From NCBI GenBank assembly GCA_043820815.1, contig JBDRDJ010000005.1:1313-65312 (forward strand): a stretch of 64,000 nucleotides of DNA. The letters are read 5' to 3'. The stretch comes from Candidatus Omnitrophota bacterium. GTDB taxonomy: Bacteria > Omnitrophota > Gorgyraeia > Duberdicusellales > 4484-171. Of the stretch, positions 36,288-44,497 are shown one piece after another (position 1 is the stretch's first letter; every line of letters starts with the position of its first letter). The position numbers and the translations under genes were made by a program. The notes below the pieces were generated by a model. The model saw nothing but the letters and a program-made list of their open reading frames with translations. It ran no database searches and was not told where the DNA came from.

Positions 36288-37001
36288 ATGTATTCAGTAG
36301 GGTGCGATCAGCACAAGAAGTATTCGTTTGTAGTTTCCAAAGATCAAGGTGGTAATACGATCGACCAATTAAAATTATACCACGCAGATAAGGATAGTAT
36401 GAAGGATTATTTTAAGGCTTTGCCTGAGGGATCAAAGGTAGCTCTTGAAGCCAGTGGGTTTAGTTTTTGGCTGGCTGATATGTTACAAGAACTTGCTATG
36501 GACGTTAAACTTGTCCATGCGGCTAAAGCTAAGGCTATTGCCGAAGAGAAGATAAAGACTGATAAGATGAGTGCAGGAGTATTGGCTGATTTATTAAGGG
36601 TAAATATGCTTCCCGAGGCTTATATTGCTCCCCGTCCTATACGGCAGGCACGTGCATTATTGCGCTACCGGCAGAACCTTATAGGCGTACGCACAAGTCT
36701 AAAGAACCGTATACATTCAGTTATTGACCAACAAGGTATTCAGCAGGGTTTTTCAGATTTGTTTACCAGGAAAGGCAGGCAGTTTATTGATCAATTAGAG
36801 TTAGGAGAGCCTTATCAATCAGTTGTAGGTAATTATTTATCCCTTATAGATGATATAAATACCCGCATAAATGAGGTAGAGGCACAGTTGAGGCGGCAGT
36901 TAAAGAAAGACAAACAAGCACAACTTTTAACTAGCATCCCCGGGGTAGGAGTGATTATCTCCCATTTGATTCTTGCCGAAAGCAGTATTAAAGTTCAATA
37001 A
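36288..37001 (+). pseudogene. IS110-family (DEDD) transposase, truncated after ~237 aa (C-terminal domain cut inside its helix-hairpin-helix region)
   Basis: MYSVGCDQHKKYSFVV (DEDD N-terminus), AGGAGG RBS at 36277-36282, and LTSIPGVGVIISHLILAE. The last motif then breaks off into unrelated SSIKVQ* where IGD..RF would be expected. Full-length relatives are about 330-400 aa. Confidence 0.75.
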
Positions 37002-37055
37002 ACCTTATTATTACAGAGCGATTAAAAATGGGTGAGCCCGGCTAACAAGATGGCA

Positions 37056-37086
37056 CAATATGAGGCCGGTGCGATTGAATGGGACA
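37056..37086. repeat. 31-nt perfect direct repeat, copy B
   Basis: Identical to 34668-34698. Together the copies bracket the AAA ATPase and the IS110 remnant. Confidence 0.9.
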
Positions 37087-37292
37087 CCCTGTCATAATAA
37101 GCTATGGTGAGATAGAAGGCGTATAGATTGCGCCTTATCCAAGCTCGAATGGATGAATTGGCTTTAGCCTAAATAAAAAATAGCTTTTTCTCTATAATAG
37201 CGTCTTTTTATTGTTGTTTAAGGGGAGGGGTGATGAATTAATCCTTGACAGGTGTTTTCATGGATGGTTTGTTAGAAATTTTTAAATAATTA

Positions 37293-37538
37293 CTATTGGT
37301 TTAGGGGCTGACTAATTTCGTAGAGAAAGTCTGGAGAGAAGTCTGCGTTGTTTGGCCAAACAATTGTATCGATATCTTGATTAAGAGACACCTGCCTGAA
37401 ATATTTAATATCTCTTAGTGGTTCAAAAATCCTACCGTTAAGATAGCTCTGTAAATCAGCCTCTTTAATTTCATTATTTTCGAATTTTAATCTTACTCGA
37501 TAATCGCCAATATATTGAACATCTATAATCCAATGCAT
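37293..37538 (-). CDS. DUF2442-family protein
   Basis: 81 aa. The pattern YRVRLKFENNEIKEADLQ...FEPLRD...F..V.....TIVWPNNADFSPDFLY is typical of DUF2442. It lies 9 nt downstream of its DUF4160 partner. Confidence 0.7.
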   Translation of the reverse strand: MHWIIDVQYIGDYRVRLKFENNEIKEADLQSYLNGRIFEPLRDIKYFRQVSLNQDIDTIVWPNNADFSPDFLYEISQPLNQ

Positions 37539-37547
37539 AATTATCTC

Positions 37548-37808
37548 CTACACGAGAGGTGGAATTTTTTTGAGCTCTTCGTGTTTCTGAGCCAATTCCC
37601 AATCTCCCATTAATTCAATTCTGTGTTCAAAAGCCCACTCTAAAACAAGAGAAGTTACTCTTTTAGGCAGTTGACCTTCAATAACCGCTAAATCCTGGAT
37701 AGAAAAGGAAGCCCTATATTCGCCATATTTCGCATGAAAATGCGGCGGGGTATGTTCAGTGTAATACATCGAAATAACAATCCCTAAAAATCTGCAAATT
37801 TCCGGCAT
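37548..37808 (-). CDS. DUF4160-family protein
   Basis: 86 aa. The N-terminus MPEICRFLGIVISMYYTEHTPPHFHAKYGEY is characteristic of DUF4160. Confidence 0.7.
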   Translation of the reverse strand: MPEICRFLGIVISMYYTEHTPPHFHAKYGEYRASFSIQDLAVIEGQLPKRVTSLVLEWAFEHRIELMGDWELAQKHEELKKIPPLV

Positions 37809-37832
37809 ATTTTAATTTCCCCTTCAAAATAA

Positions 37833-37860
37833 ATCATACCATATTTCAAGTTAGTTTCAA
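37833..37860 (-). promoter_or_regulatory. Candidate promoter TTGAAA-16 nt-TATGAT for the DUF4160/DUF2442 pair
   Basis: Read on the minus strand about 25 nt upstream of the DUF4160 start. Confidence 0.3.
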
Positions 37861-37900
37861 ATTAAAGTTTTTCTGGCATATTGCCTGAATATCTTGGAAC

Positions 37901-38164
37901 TTAGTAGCGTCGTTTCGATCTGGCACGAAGTCCGTCGAGAAAGCCACGGTTGTAGCCGTCTTGGTAGCCATTTTCACCGATTTTAGGTATAGGACAAATT
38001 GGCGGAATAGGTTCGATGCAAAAGTTATCTTGATAGCACCATCCCGCGGCATAACCATCTTGATATCCTGTACAAAATCCGTTATCAGCTTCTACTAATG
38101 GCGGGTTCATTAAAATCAATATTGTAAAAAATAAAATAAAGATAATAAAATTTTTTTTCTTCAT
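37901..38164 (-). CDS. Small secreted protein (87 aa) with repeated GYQDGY motifs; start re-set to MKKKNF
   Basis: Strong RBS AAGGAGG 7 nt upstream of the ATG at 38162-38164. Signal peptide FIIFILFFTILILMNPPLVEA. Two GYQDGY repeats and several Cys residues. Confidence 0.5.
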   Translation of the reverse strand: MKKKNFIIFILFFTILILMNPPLVEADNGFCTGYQDGYAAGWCYQDNFCIEPIPPICPIPKIGENGYQDGYNRGFLDGLRARSKRRY

Positions 38165-38182
38165 GTTTTTACCTCCTTGTTT

Positions 38183-38268
38183 ATTCATAACATAAAAAAT
38201 CACCAGCCTGGACCAAGCGAAGCGTGGTGAAGGTCTGGTGGATTGAAGGTCTGGTGAATTGTTAGAAT
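38183..38268 (-). other. attC-like imperfect hairpin (R'' ATTCTAAC ... R' GTTATGAAT), which could equally be an intrinsic terminator
   Basis: On the minus strand, ATTCTAAC overlaps the TAA stop of the lipoprotein gene. An inner stem forms between CACCAGACC and GGT(CCAGG)CTGGTG with a 5-nt bulge, followed by a T-run and then GTTATGAAT, which is complementary to the first box apart from one extra T. Confidence 0.3.
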
Positions 38269-38651
38269 TTTAGGTTTTCTTCATTTTGTATAATATAATC
38301 GACCATTAATTTATTAAATTTATAACCTTCCTCAACACCTCCGTCGCAACCAAGACTATACGTTTTAATTTTGTTCAAGAAGTCATATTCCAATTGCTCA
38401 TCTTTCAATAATAAACTGTTTGCATAACCGCCCGTATATAAGAATAGACTACCACTCTTAACACATTCACTAAAGTATATTCTAATTTGTTTATCTGATA
38501 AACCATTTAAATCTGTTTTTATAATCTCGTCTCCCATTACAAGACCTTCCGAATTTTTAGAACTTAAAGGTGGTTTTTCCCTGCAACCTAAGATTTGTAT
38601 ACAGATAAATAGGAACAATGCCATTTGAATAATAGTATTAATTTTCCCCAT
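38262..38651 (-). CDS. Hypothetical lipoprotein (129 aa)
   Basis: Signal peptide plus lipobox QILGC. No family motif recognised. Flanked by a 12-nt inverted repeat, AATTGTTAGAAT (38257-38268) and ATTCTAACAATT (38659-38670). Confidence 0.5.
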   Translation of the reverse strand: MGKINTIIQMALFLFICIQILGCREKPPLSSKNSEGLVMGDEIIKTDLNGLSDKQIRIYFSECVKSGSLFLYTGGYANSLLLKDEQLEYDFLNKIKTYSLGCDGGVEEGYKFNKLMVDYIIQNEENLKF

Positions 38652-38866
38652 TTATCTTATTCTAACAATTAATATACATATAACGTATTTTCTGAAGCCC
38701 TATATAAAGATTAGCATTTTTTGGGAGGAAATGCAACGAAAAATGGGAAAAAAGATAAAATTTTTGAAAGAATTTAGGCTTCTTATCCGTCGATTATATA
38801 AGAGGGTGGTTAGCACACATAGTGTATATCATGGCAAAATGTACACATAGGGGGGTAAAGTTATGA

Positions 38867-39073
38867 AAAAAATCAGGCATCATTAAACCAATAACCGTCC
38901 ACACCCTGCGGCACAGTTTTGCCACTCATCTCTTAGCTAACGGGGTAAATATACGCGAGATTCAGGAGCTATCGGGCCATAAACATCTTGAAACGACCAT
39001 GGTTTATACGCATTTTTTGCGCGATATGTCTAACGCGCCCAGGAGTCCGTTGGATGTACTTTATAAAGAATAA
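38867..39073 (+). pseudogene. Tyrosine recombinase C-terminal fragment (68 codons), integron-integrase-like tail
   Basis: Hand translation gives [68 protein letters not shown]. This contains box II (HxLRHxxAT, GH, catalytic Y in VYTH) and the RSPLD tail remembered from IntI proteins. An in-frame TGA at 38864 and the absence of any N-terminal catalytic domain show it is a remnant. Confidence 0.7.
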
Positions 39074-39083
39074 AAGAATTTCT

Positions 39084-40172
39084 TTAATTACGGCCGTTTA
39101 GCAGCTCCTCAACTAGTGATACAACATATTTATAATCAATATCGCGTAAACATTTCTTATCAAGCGAACACCCTTGAAATTTAAAACCCTTATAGCAAGG
39201 CCGGCAAGAAACATCCGATTTAATAGCGTATGAATTCTTATGGCCGGGATAAACCCCGTAAACCCTTTCGTCAACAGGTCCGAAAAACCCAATAACACTC
39301 TTTTCAAGAGACTGAGAAATATGAAAAGGGCCGCCGTCATTGGTAATAATTAAGCTGCATAAGGATAAAAGGCAGCAAAACTGCCCTAATGTCACTTTTG
39401 AGCATAGATTTAACGGCTCACCATCCAAAGACTTTGCAATTTCATCGCAAAGATCCTTTTCTTTTTTAGAGCCAAAAAGAACGATTTTAAATCCTTTCTC
39501 TTTATTAAATAAATTACAAAGCCTGATAAAATTCTCCTTAGGCCAACGCTTATAATACGCAGAATCCTGCCAGCTGTCGCCGGAGCCGGGGCATATACCT
39601 AAAATTATATCATGATTTTTTAAGCCGTACTTTGTAAAGATATCTAATGCCCTAAGCCTATCCTGCTCGCTAATATATATTTCAAAAGGGTATTCTGATG
39701 CCTTAATCTTTAGAAAGCCAAGAAGGTCTAAATAGTACCTGGCAACATGTTTATCCTTAAAACCAAAGGGTAGATCAATAGAATGGGTTAAGAAACGGCC
39801 GCGCTTTTTAAAATTATACCCTATACGCATTGATATATTTAATAATTTCAGGAAGAATCCATATTGCTGATTCATAGACAAGTCAAAAACAACGTCGTAA
39901 CTTTCTTTTTTGATCTGCTTATAAAAGTTATAAAGTTGTCTTATTAATGCCGGCTTGGATTTTCTTCCCAAGTTTCGCAATTCGTCCTTCTCAAACACAA
40001 AAACTTTATCTATATAAGGGTTGTGCTCAAGGAGTGATTCAGTTCTGCGGTTTGCGATATAGGAAATTGAACACTCTCTTAAGTTCTCCTTAAGGTTTCT
40101 AATAAGAGGAGTAGTAAACAGAACATCTCCTATGCCAAAAGGATTAAATATTAAAATCTTTCTAATCTGCAT
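39084..40172 (-). CDS. Glycosyltransferase family 9 (LPS heptosyltransferase-like)
   Basis: The N-terminus ILIFNPFGIGDVLFTTPLIRNLK and the C-terminal ITNDGGPFHIS are typical of GT9. Confidence 0.8.
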   Translation of the reverse strand: MQIRKILIFNPFGIGDVLFTTPLIRNLKENLRECSISYIANRRTESLLEHNPYIDKVFVFEKDELRNLGRKSKPALIRQLYNFYKQIKKESYDVVFDLSMNQQYGFFLKLLNISMRIGYNFKKRGRFLTHSIDLPFGFKDKHVARYYLDLLGFLKIKASEYPFEIYISEQDRLRALDIFTKYGLKNHDIILGICPGSGDSWQDSAYYKRWPKENFIRLCNLFNKEKGFKIVLFGSKKEKDLCDEIAKSLDGEPLNLCSKVTLGQFCCLLSLCSLIITNDGGPFHISQSLEKSVIGFFGPVDERVYGVYPGHKNSYAIKSDVSCRPCYKGFKFQGCSLDKKCLRDIDYKYVVSLVEELLNGRN

Positions 40173-40333
40173 ATTAACTCAATACAATTTTTACCGCTGG
40201 TCCGGTTTCTCCGGGCTGGCAATAGAAATTGAATGTAACCGTTTTCAAACAAAACGCCTCTAACCCTTGAAAAGTCAATGGATTATATGTTATTCATTAA
40301 TAAAGGGCTTCTATATGAAGCCAAAGCCACGGA

Positions 40334-40368
40334 CCCTCTCCTGCTTTTGCGGGGGAGGGTGTTTTTAT
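40334..40368 (+). terminator. Orphan Rho-independent terminator-like hairpin on the plus strand
   Basis: CCCTCTCC-tgcttttgcg-GGGGAGGG followed by TGTTTTTAT. It lies in a 400-nt gap between two minus-strand genes. Confidence 0.35.
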
Positions 40369-40576
40369 AACCATATATATTCAAGATAGTTACGAAATGA
40401 TTACATATTTTGTGGCTTTAAATGTTAAGATTTTCTTTAACTTTTAACTTGGCGGCATGCGGGTATGCTTAGTAAGAATTGCCTCAATAAACTGAAGCTG
40501 TAACTTTCTTGCGATAAAGATCTAAAAAACCGGCCATTGCTTTTTTAATAAACATATTTATCGAATTTATCCTGTA

Positions 40577-40993
40577 TTAGCATTCAAAATCTTTTGCAGA
40601 CTCGGCCCAGTCGATTTCTTTTAATTTACCGCTTAAACTTTGTATGGGGTCACAATCAGAGTCTTGGAACCAAATCAGAACAAGAAACGAACCGCTTCCC
40701 TTTTTTACCGGAGCTTCACATTCAAGCAAGGCATAAACAGTTTCAGAAGGAAGCGGGTTTTTGTAATCTATATTATTTTGGCCGATAAGCCTTGAGGGTG
40801 TATGTATTCCGAAAAAGTTCGCCGAATTTTCATCAATCTTGGTGTTCACGATTTCTTTGTTAACTACTTCGTGCATGGAACCTTGAGGAAAACTCTCGTA
40901 AGTATCGCATAAGTATAACGATTTAAGGATTATTTTATTATTTTTATAGCACCCTGCGACTCTCATGGTTAGTTTAGCGGCGGTTTCTATCAA
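40577..40993 (-). CDS. Hypothetical protein (138 aa)
   Basis: Track ORF only. No recognisable motifs. It lies 80 nt downstream of the HD-GYP regulator gene. Confidence 0.4.
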   Translation of the reverse strand: MIETAAKLTMRVAGCYKNNKIILKSLYLCDTYESFPQGSMHEVVNKEIVNTKIDENSANFFGIHTPSRLIGQNNIDYKNPLPSETVYALLECEAPVKKGSGSFLVLIWFQDSDCDPIQSLSGKLKEIDWAESAKDFEC

Positions 40994-41073
40994 GCATTAC
41001 TGTTTTCGTCTTTCTTTTTAATGGAGTTGATGAGATTGTCTATTTCTGACTGAGAAAGGATAGTATTTGCTTT

Positions 41074-42609
41074 TTACGTATCTAAAGAAGCAGTTATGAT
41101 ATCGGGATTCTTTTCAATTATCTCAAGGAAGACATCGACTAACTCCGAGTCAAACTGTGACCCCTTGCCTTTTTTAAGCTCACTAACCGCATCTTCAAGC
41201 GATAACGCCTTACGGTAGGGCCTGTCGGTTACCATAGCGTCAAAGGAATCCGCTATGGCCAATATTCTCGCAGGTAACAGGATTCCTTCTCCTTTAAGCC
41301 CGTAAGGGTAACCTTTGCCGTCATAGCGCTCGTGGTGCTGTTCAATACATTTCAATGAATCCTGCAAAAACAGAAGCGGCCGCAATATTTCTACGCTTCG
41401 CAATGAATGAGTTTTTACAGTTTCCCACTCCTGGGATGTCAGCTTTCCTTCTTTGGTAAGAATTGAATCCTGGATGCCTATTTTTCCCAAATCATGGAGC
41501 TGGCATGAGCGATTTAGCTTCTCAATTTCACTATCAGGAAAACCGATTTCACGTGCAATCGCAACGGCAAACTTTTTAACATGCTCGGAATGTGCTTTTG
41601 TGTAATGGTCACGGGCATCAAGCGCAGAAGTCAATGACAATACCGACCGCATATATGTTTCCTCCAGGGAAGCGTAAAGCTTTGCATTCTCAATGGCAAT
41701 TGCGGCCTGTGCGGCAATGCCTCTGGCAAGCCTTAAGTCATCATTATTAAAAGGCATCCCGGAAGCTTTATTGTTTATATTGATCACCCCTATCAGCTTA
41801 TCTTTAATTATGAGCGGCACGCTTATAAAAGAATGTGTGTAATATTTCTCTAAACTTATTTTCTTAAATTGATCGTCTTTCTCAATATCTTCAACGAGTA
41901 TGGGCGTGCGGTTTTCAAGCACCCACCCCGATATACCCTTTCCCAGGGCAATCATGGTTTCTTTTATGACTTGCCCGCTTAAGCCGCAGGATGCTTTTAT
42001 AGAAAGCAAACCGCTCGCCTCATCATACAAAAGAATAGAACAGATCTCAAGGTCAAGCACCGATGTAATCCTTTCTACGATTGTTTTTAAAACCTCATCA
42101 AGCTTGATTGAAGACAAGACATCCTGGCCTATCTCATACAAAAGGGAAAGTTCTCTTGTTCTGTCTTTAACGTTTTCGGTAAGAACGAGGTTCTTTTCCG
42201 CTAACTGAGCCATTAATCTTTTGTTTTCCAGCGATAATATCCTGAAAGCAATAGCATTATCAATCGCAAAAAAAACTTCCTTTATGTCAAAAGGTTTAAT
42301 TATATAATCCGAAGCGCCAATCCTAATGGCCTCTTTTACGCTGTCAAGAGACGGCCTTCCCGTAACTATTATGGCCATGATGCTTTGATCAAATTCCTTT
42401 ATTTTCCTGATTACTGTTATACCGTCGATATCGGGCATTTTAAAATCGACTAAAGCCAAATCGACTCTTTCTTTTTTTATGAGCTCAAGGCCTTTTGTTC
42501 CCGAAGTGCAGGATACTACATTATAACCCTCTGCCTGAAGAAGGCGGGATAAAGTTCTGCAGATCTCCTCTTCGTCATCGATAATTGCAATTTTTATATT
42601 TTCATTCAT
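41074..42609 (-). CDS. Response regulator receiver + GAF + HD-GYP domain protein (putative c-di-GMP phosphodiesterase)
   Basis: REC domain (IAIIDDEE...LVDFKMPDIDG...VTGRP...KPF), a central GAF-like region, then HD (HSEHV...LHDLGK) and HHERYDGKGYPYGL (GYP). Confidence 0.85.
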   Translation of the reverse strand: MNENIKIAIIDDEEEICRTLSRLLQAEGYNVVSCTSGTKGLELIKKERVDLALVDFKMPDIDGITVIRKIKEFDQSIMAIIVTGRPSLDSVKEAIRIGASDYIIKPFDIKEVFFAIDNAIAFRILSLENKRLMAQLAEKNLVLTENVKDRTRELSLLYEIGQDVLSSIKLDEVLKTIVERITSVLDLEICSILLYDEASGLLSIKASCGLSGQVIKETMIALGKGISGWVLENRTPILVEDIEKDDQFKKISLEKYYTHSFISVPLIIKDKLIGVININNKASGMPFNNDDLRLARGIAAQAAIAIENAKLYASLEETYMRSVLSLTSALDARDHYTKAHSEHVKKFAVAIAREIGFPDSEIEKLNRSCQLHDLGKIGIQDSILTKEGKLTSQEWETVKTHSLRSVEILRPLLFLQDSLKCIEQHHERYDGKGYPYGLKGEGILLPARILAIADSFDAMVTDRPYRKALSLEDAVSELKKGKGSQFDSELVDVFLEIIEKNPDIITASLDT

Positions 42610-42675
42610 AATTAATTATTTTACCTTAATTTTGTAAAGATTGCAACCATGCGCAGGCGGTTTCTTAAAACGCAT

Positions 42676-43944
42676 TTAATTCTGGCCGGAGAAAAGAGGT
42701 ATTATTTCCGAAAGAGTTGGGTGTATGAAAACGCACTTTTTAAGATCTTCCAGCCGCAGGTTACTGCTTATGGCCAATGAAAAGAAATTAATTAGCTCAG
42801 CTGCATGATTAGAAATTATTCCTGAACCAATAATTCTATCATCTTGTCCTACAATGAGTTGTATAAAACCATCGTGATCGCCATAAACATATGAAGAGCT
42901 GTACGTTAGAAAATTAGATCTTAATACTGTATGTTCAATATTTCTCTTTTTTGCCTCTTCTTCGAGCAAACCCACACAAGCTGCCTGAGGCAAAGAGAAA
43001 ACGCATTCGGGAACTGCCCTGTAATCTTCTTCCTCGTTCGATCCTCTTATGTTTGCAATGCACAAACGCCCCTGGTACTGGGCAACAGAAGCCAGCTGTA
43101 TCTTGCCGGTAGTATCTCCGCATGCATATACCCCTTCAACGTTTGTGCGCATCTGTTTATCGGTTATAATCCAGCCGGCCTCATCTAAGGCGATCCCTAA
43201 ATCACTGACATTTAAATCGTTTAGGTTTGGCTTGCGGCCGCAGGCAACAATAACTTTATCGAATTTATTAAAATCGTAATCAGAGTAATCTTTTTTTGTT
43301 TCGATTGCTATCCCTTTTTTCTTAAGTATTATTTCAAGGCGCTTAGACAAAGAAGAATCGAAGGAAGGCAAAATTCTGTCTTTTTGTTCAATAAGAATTA
43401 CTGACTTGCCGTAACCTTTAAGAATTGAAGCGAATTCAACTCCGATGTAGCCGGCACCGATTATGAGAAACTTGTCTTTTATAGTAGAATATCCGAGGAA
43501 ATCCTGGGCGGGCAATGCTTGAGGATGACCAACTAAAGCTACTGGCGCTGATCCGGCAGCGATAACGATGTTGCGAGCCGAAATCTTCTTTCCATCGATT
43601 TTAAGGGTATGGTTATCGGTAAATGAAACTTGGCCTAAAGCTACTGTAACACCCTTTTTTTTAAAGTCAAAAAGAGCTGAATCTCTTATGGATTTTACGA
43701 TGTCTTCTTTTCTTTTAAAAGCCTCATTCCAGCTATAATTTAACTTTACAGAATTAATCAATGACTTTGTAGGAATGCAGCCTTTATTTAAACACGTTCC
43801 TCCGAATAAGGATATATCCTTTTCTAAAAGAACAACTGTTAGGTTGTTCTTTATTGCCTCTTTGGCACAGGCAATACCTGCGCTTCCTGAGCCTATGATT
43901 GCTACATCATACATAGATTTGTGTGACATATGCTCCCAAGTCAT
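42676..43944 (-). CDS. Pyridine nucleotide-disulfide oxidoreductase, dihydrolipoyl dehydrogenase-like
   Basis: VAIIGSGSAGI FAD motif, redox-active GGTCLNKGCIPTK, IIGAGYIGVEFA NAD motif, and C-terminal HPTLSE. Confidence 0.75.
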   Translation of the reverse strand: MTWEHMSHKSMYDVAIIGSGSAGIACAKEAIKNNLTVVLLEKDISLFGGTCLNKGCIPTKSLINSVKLNYSWNEAFKRKEDIVKSIRDSALFDFKKKGVTVALGQVSFTDNHTLKIDGKKISARNIVIAAGSAPVALVGHPQALPAQDFLGYSTIKDKFLIIGAGYIGVEFASILKGYGKSVILIEQKDRILPSFDSSLSKRLEIILKKKGIAIETKKDYSDYDFNKFDKVIVACGRKPNLNDLNVSDLGIALDEAGWIITDKQMRTNVEGVYACGDTTGKIQLASVAQYQGRLCIANIRGSNEEEDYRAVPECVFSLPQAACVGLLEEEAKKRNIEHTVLRSNFLTYSSSYVYGDHDGFIQLIVGQDDRIIGSGIISNHAAELINFFSLAISSNLRLEDLKKCVFIHPTLSEIIPLFSGQN

Positions 43945-43962
43945 GAAATAATTTTTTTGTTT

Positions 43963-44475
43963 TCATGCCTGGCTTTTAAGCTGGAAATTCTTGTGTTTGA
44001 TCAGGTAGTTTATAATACCCCCTCCTTTTATAAGCTCTTTTTGAAAAGAATTCCAAGGGGTAAAATTAATTTTCTTTTCCTTAATAATGTCGTTTATTAT
44101 CCCCTTGTCCACATCAACGGATATTTCGTCTGCTTCGATTATAGAAGAGGTATCTGCTTCAATTAATGGTAACCCTATGTTAAAAGAATTTCTATAGAAA
44201 ATACGGGCAAAACTTCTTGCAATTATACAGCTAATTCCGGCTTCTTTGATCGCCCGCGGCGCTTGTTCGCGCGAAGACCCCATACCGAAATTATCTCCTG
44301 CAACAATTATAGAATGTCCGGGGCTTAATTCATTAAAAAATCCCGGGCGGATATCTTCAAAAATATAATGCGCAAGCTCTTTCATATCCGTAATTGAGAA
44401 TTTATACCTTCCTGAAATAATCCAATCAGTATTAATATTATCCCCAAACTTATAAACCCTGCCCTTTATCACCAT
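43963..44475 (-). CDS. leuD: 3-isopropylmalate/homoaconitate dehydratase small subunit (archaeal-type); start re-set to MVIKGR
   Basis: [10 protein letters not shown] and [15 protein letters not shown] motifs. The longer track ORF overlaps pilT. Confidence 0.8.
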   Translation of the reverse strand: MVIKGRVYKFGDNINTDWIISGRYKFSITDMKELAHYIFEDIRPGFFNELSPGHSIIVAGDNFGMGSSREQAPRAIKEAGISCIIARSFARIFYRNSFNIGLPLIEADTSSIIEADEISVDVDKGIINDIIKEKKINFTPWNSFQKELIKGGGIINYLIKHKNFQLKSQA

Positions 44476-44497
44476 TTTATTCGTATTGGTTCGTGCA

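Noticed and set aside
37846-38058. 70-aa minus-strand ORF overlapping the small secreted-protein gene.
   Set aside because: It is in a different frame of the same region. It has no RBS or signal, whereas the 37901..38164 frame has a strong RBS and a signal peptide.
38731-38850. A 39-codon ORF (MQRKMGKKIKFLKEFRLLIRRLYKRVVSTHSVYHGKMYT) as the N-terminal stub of the integrase.
   Set aside because: It only loosely resembles the N-terminal helix region of tyrosine recombinases. That is too weak to annotate, so it is mentioned only as context for the integron hypothesis.
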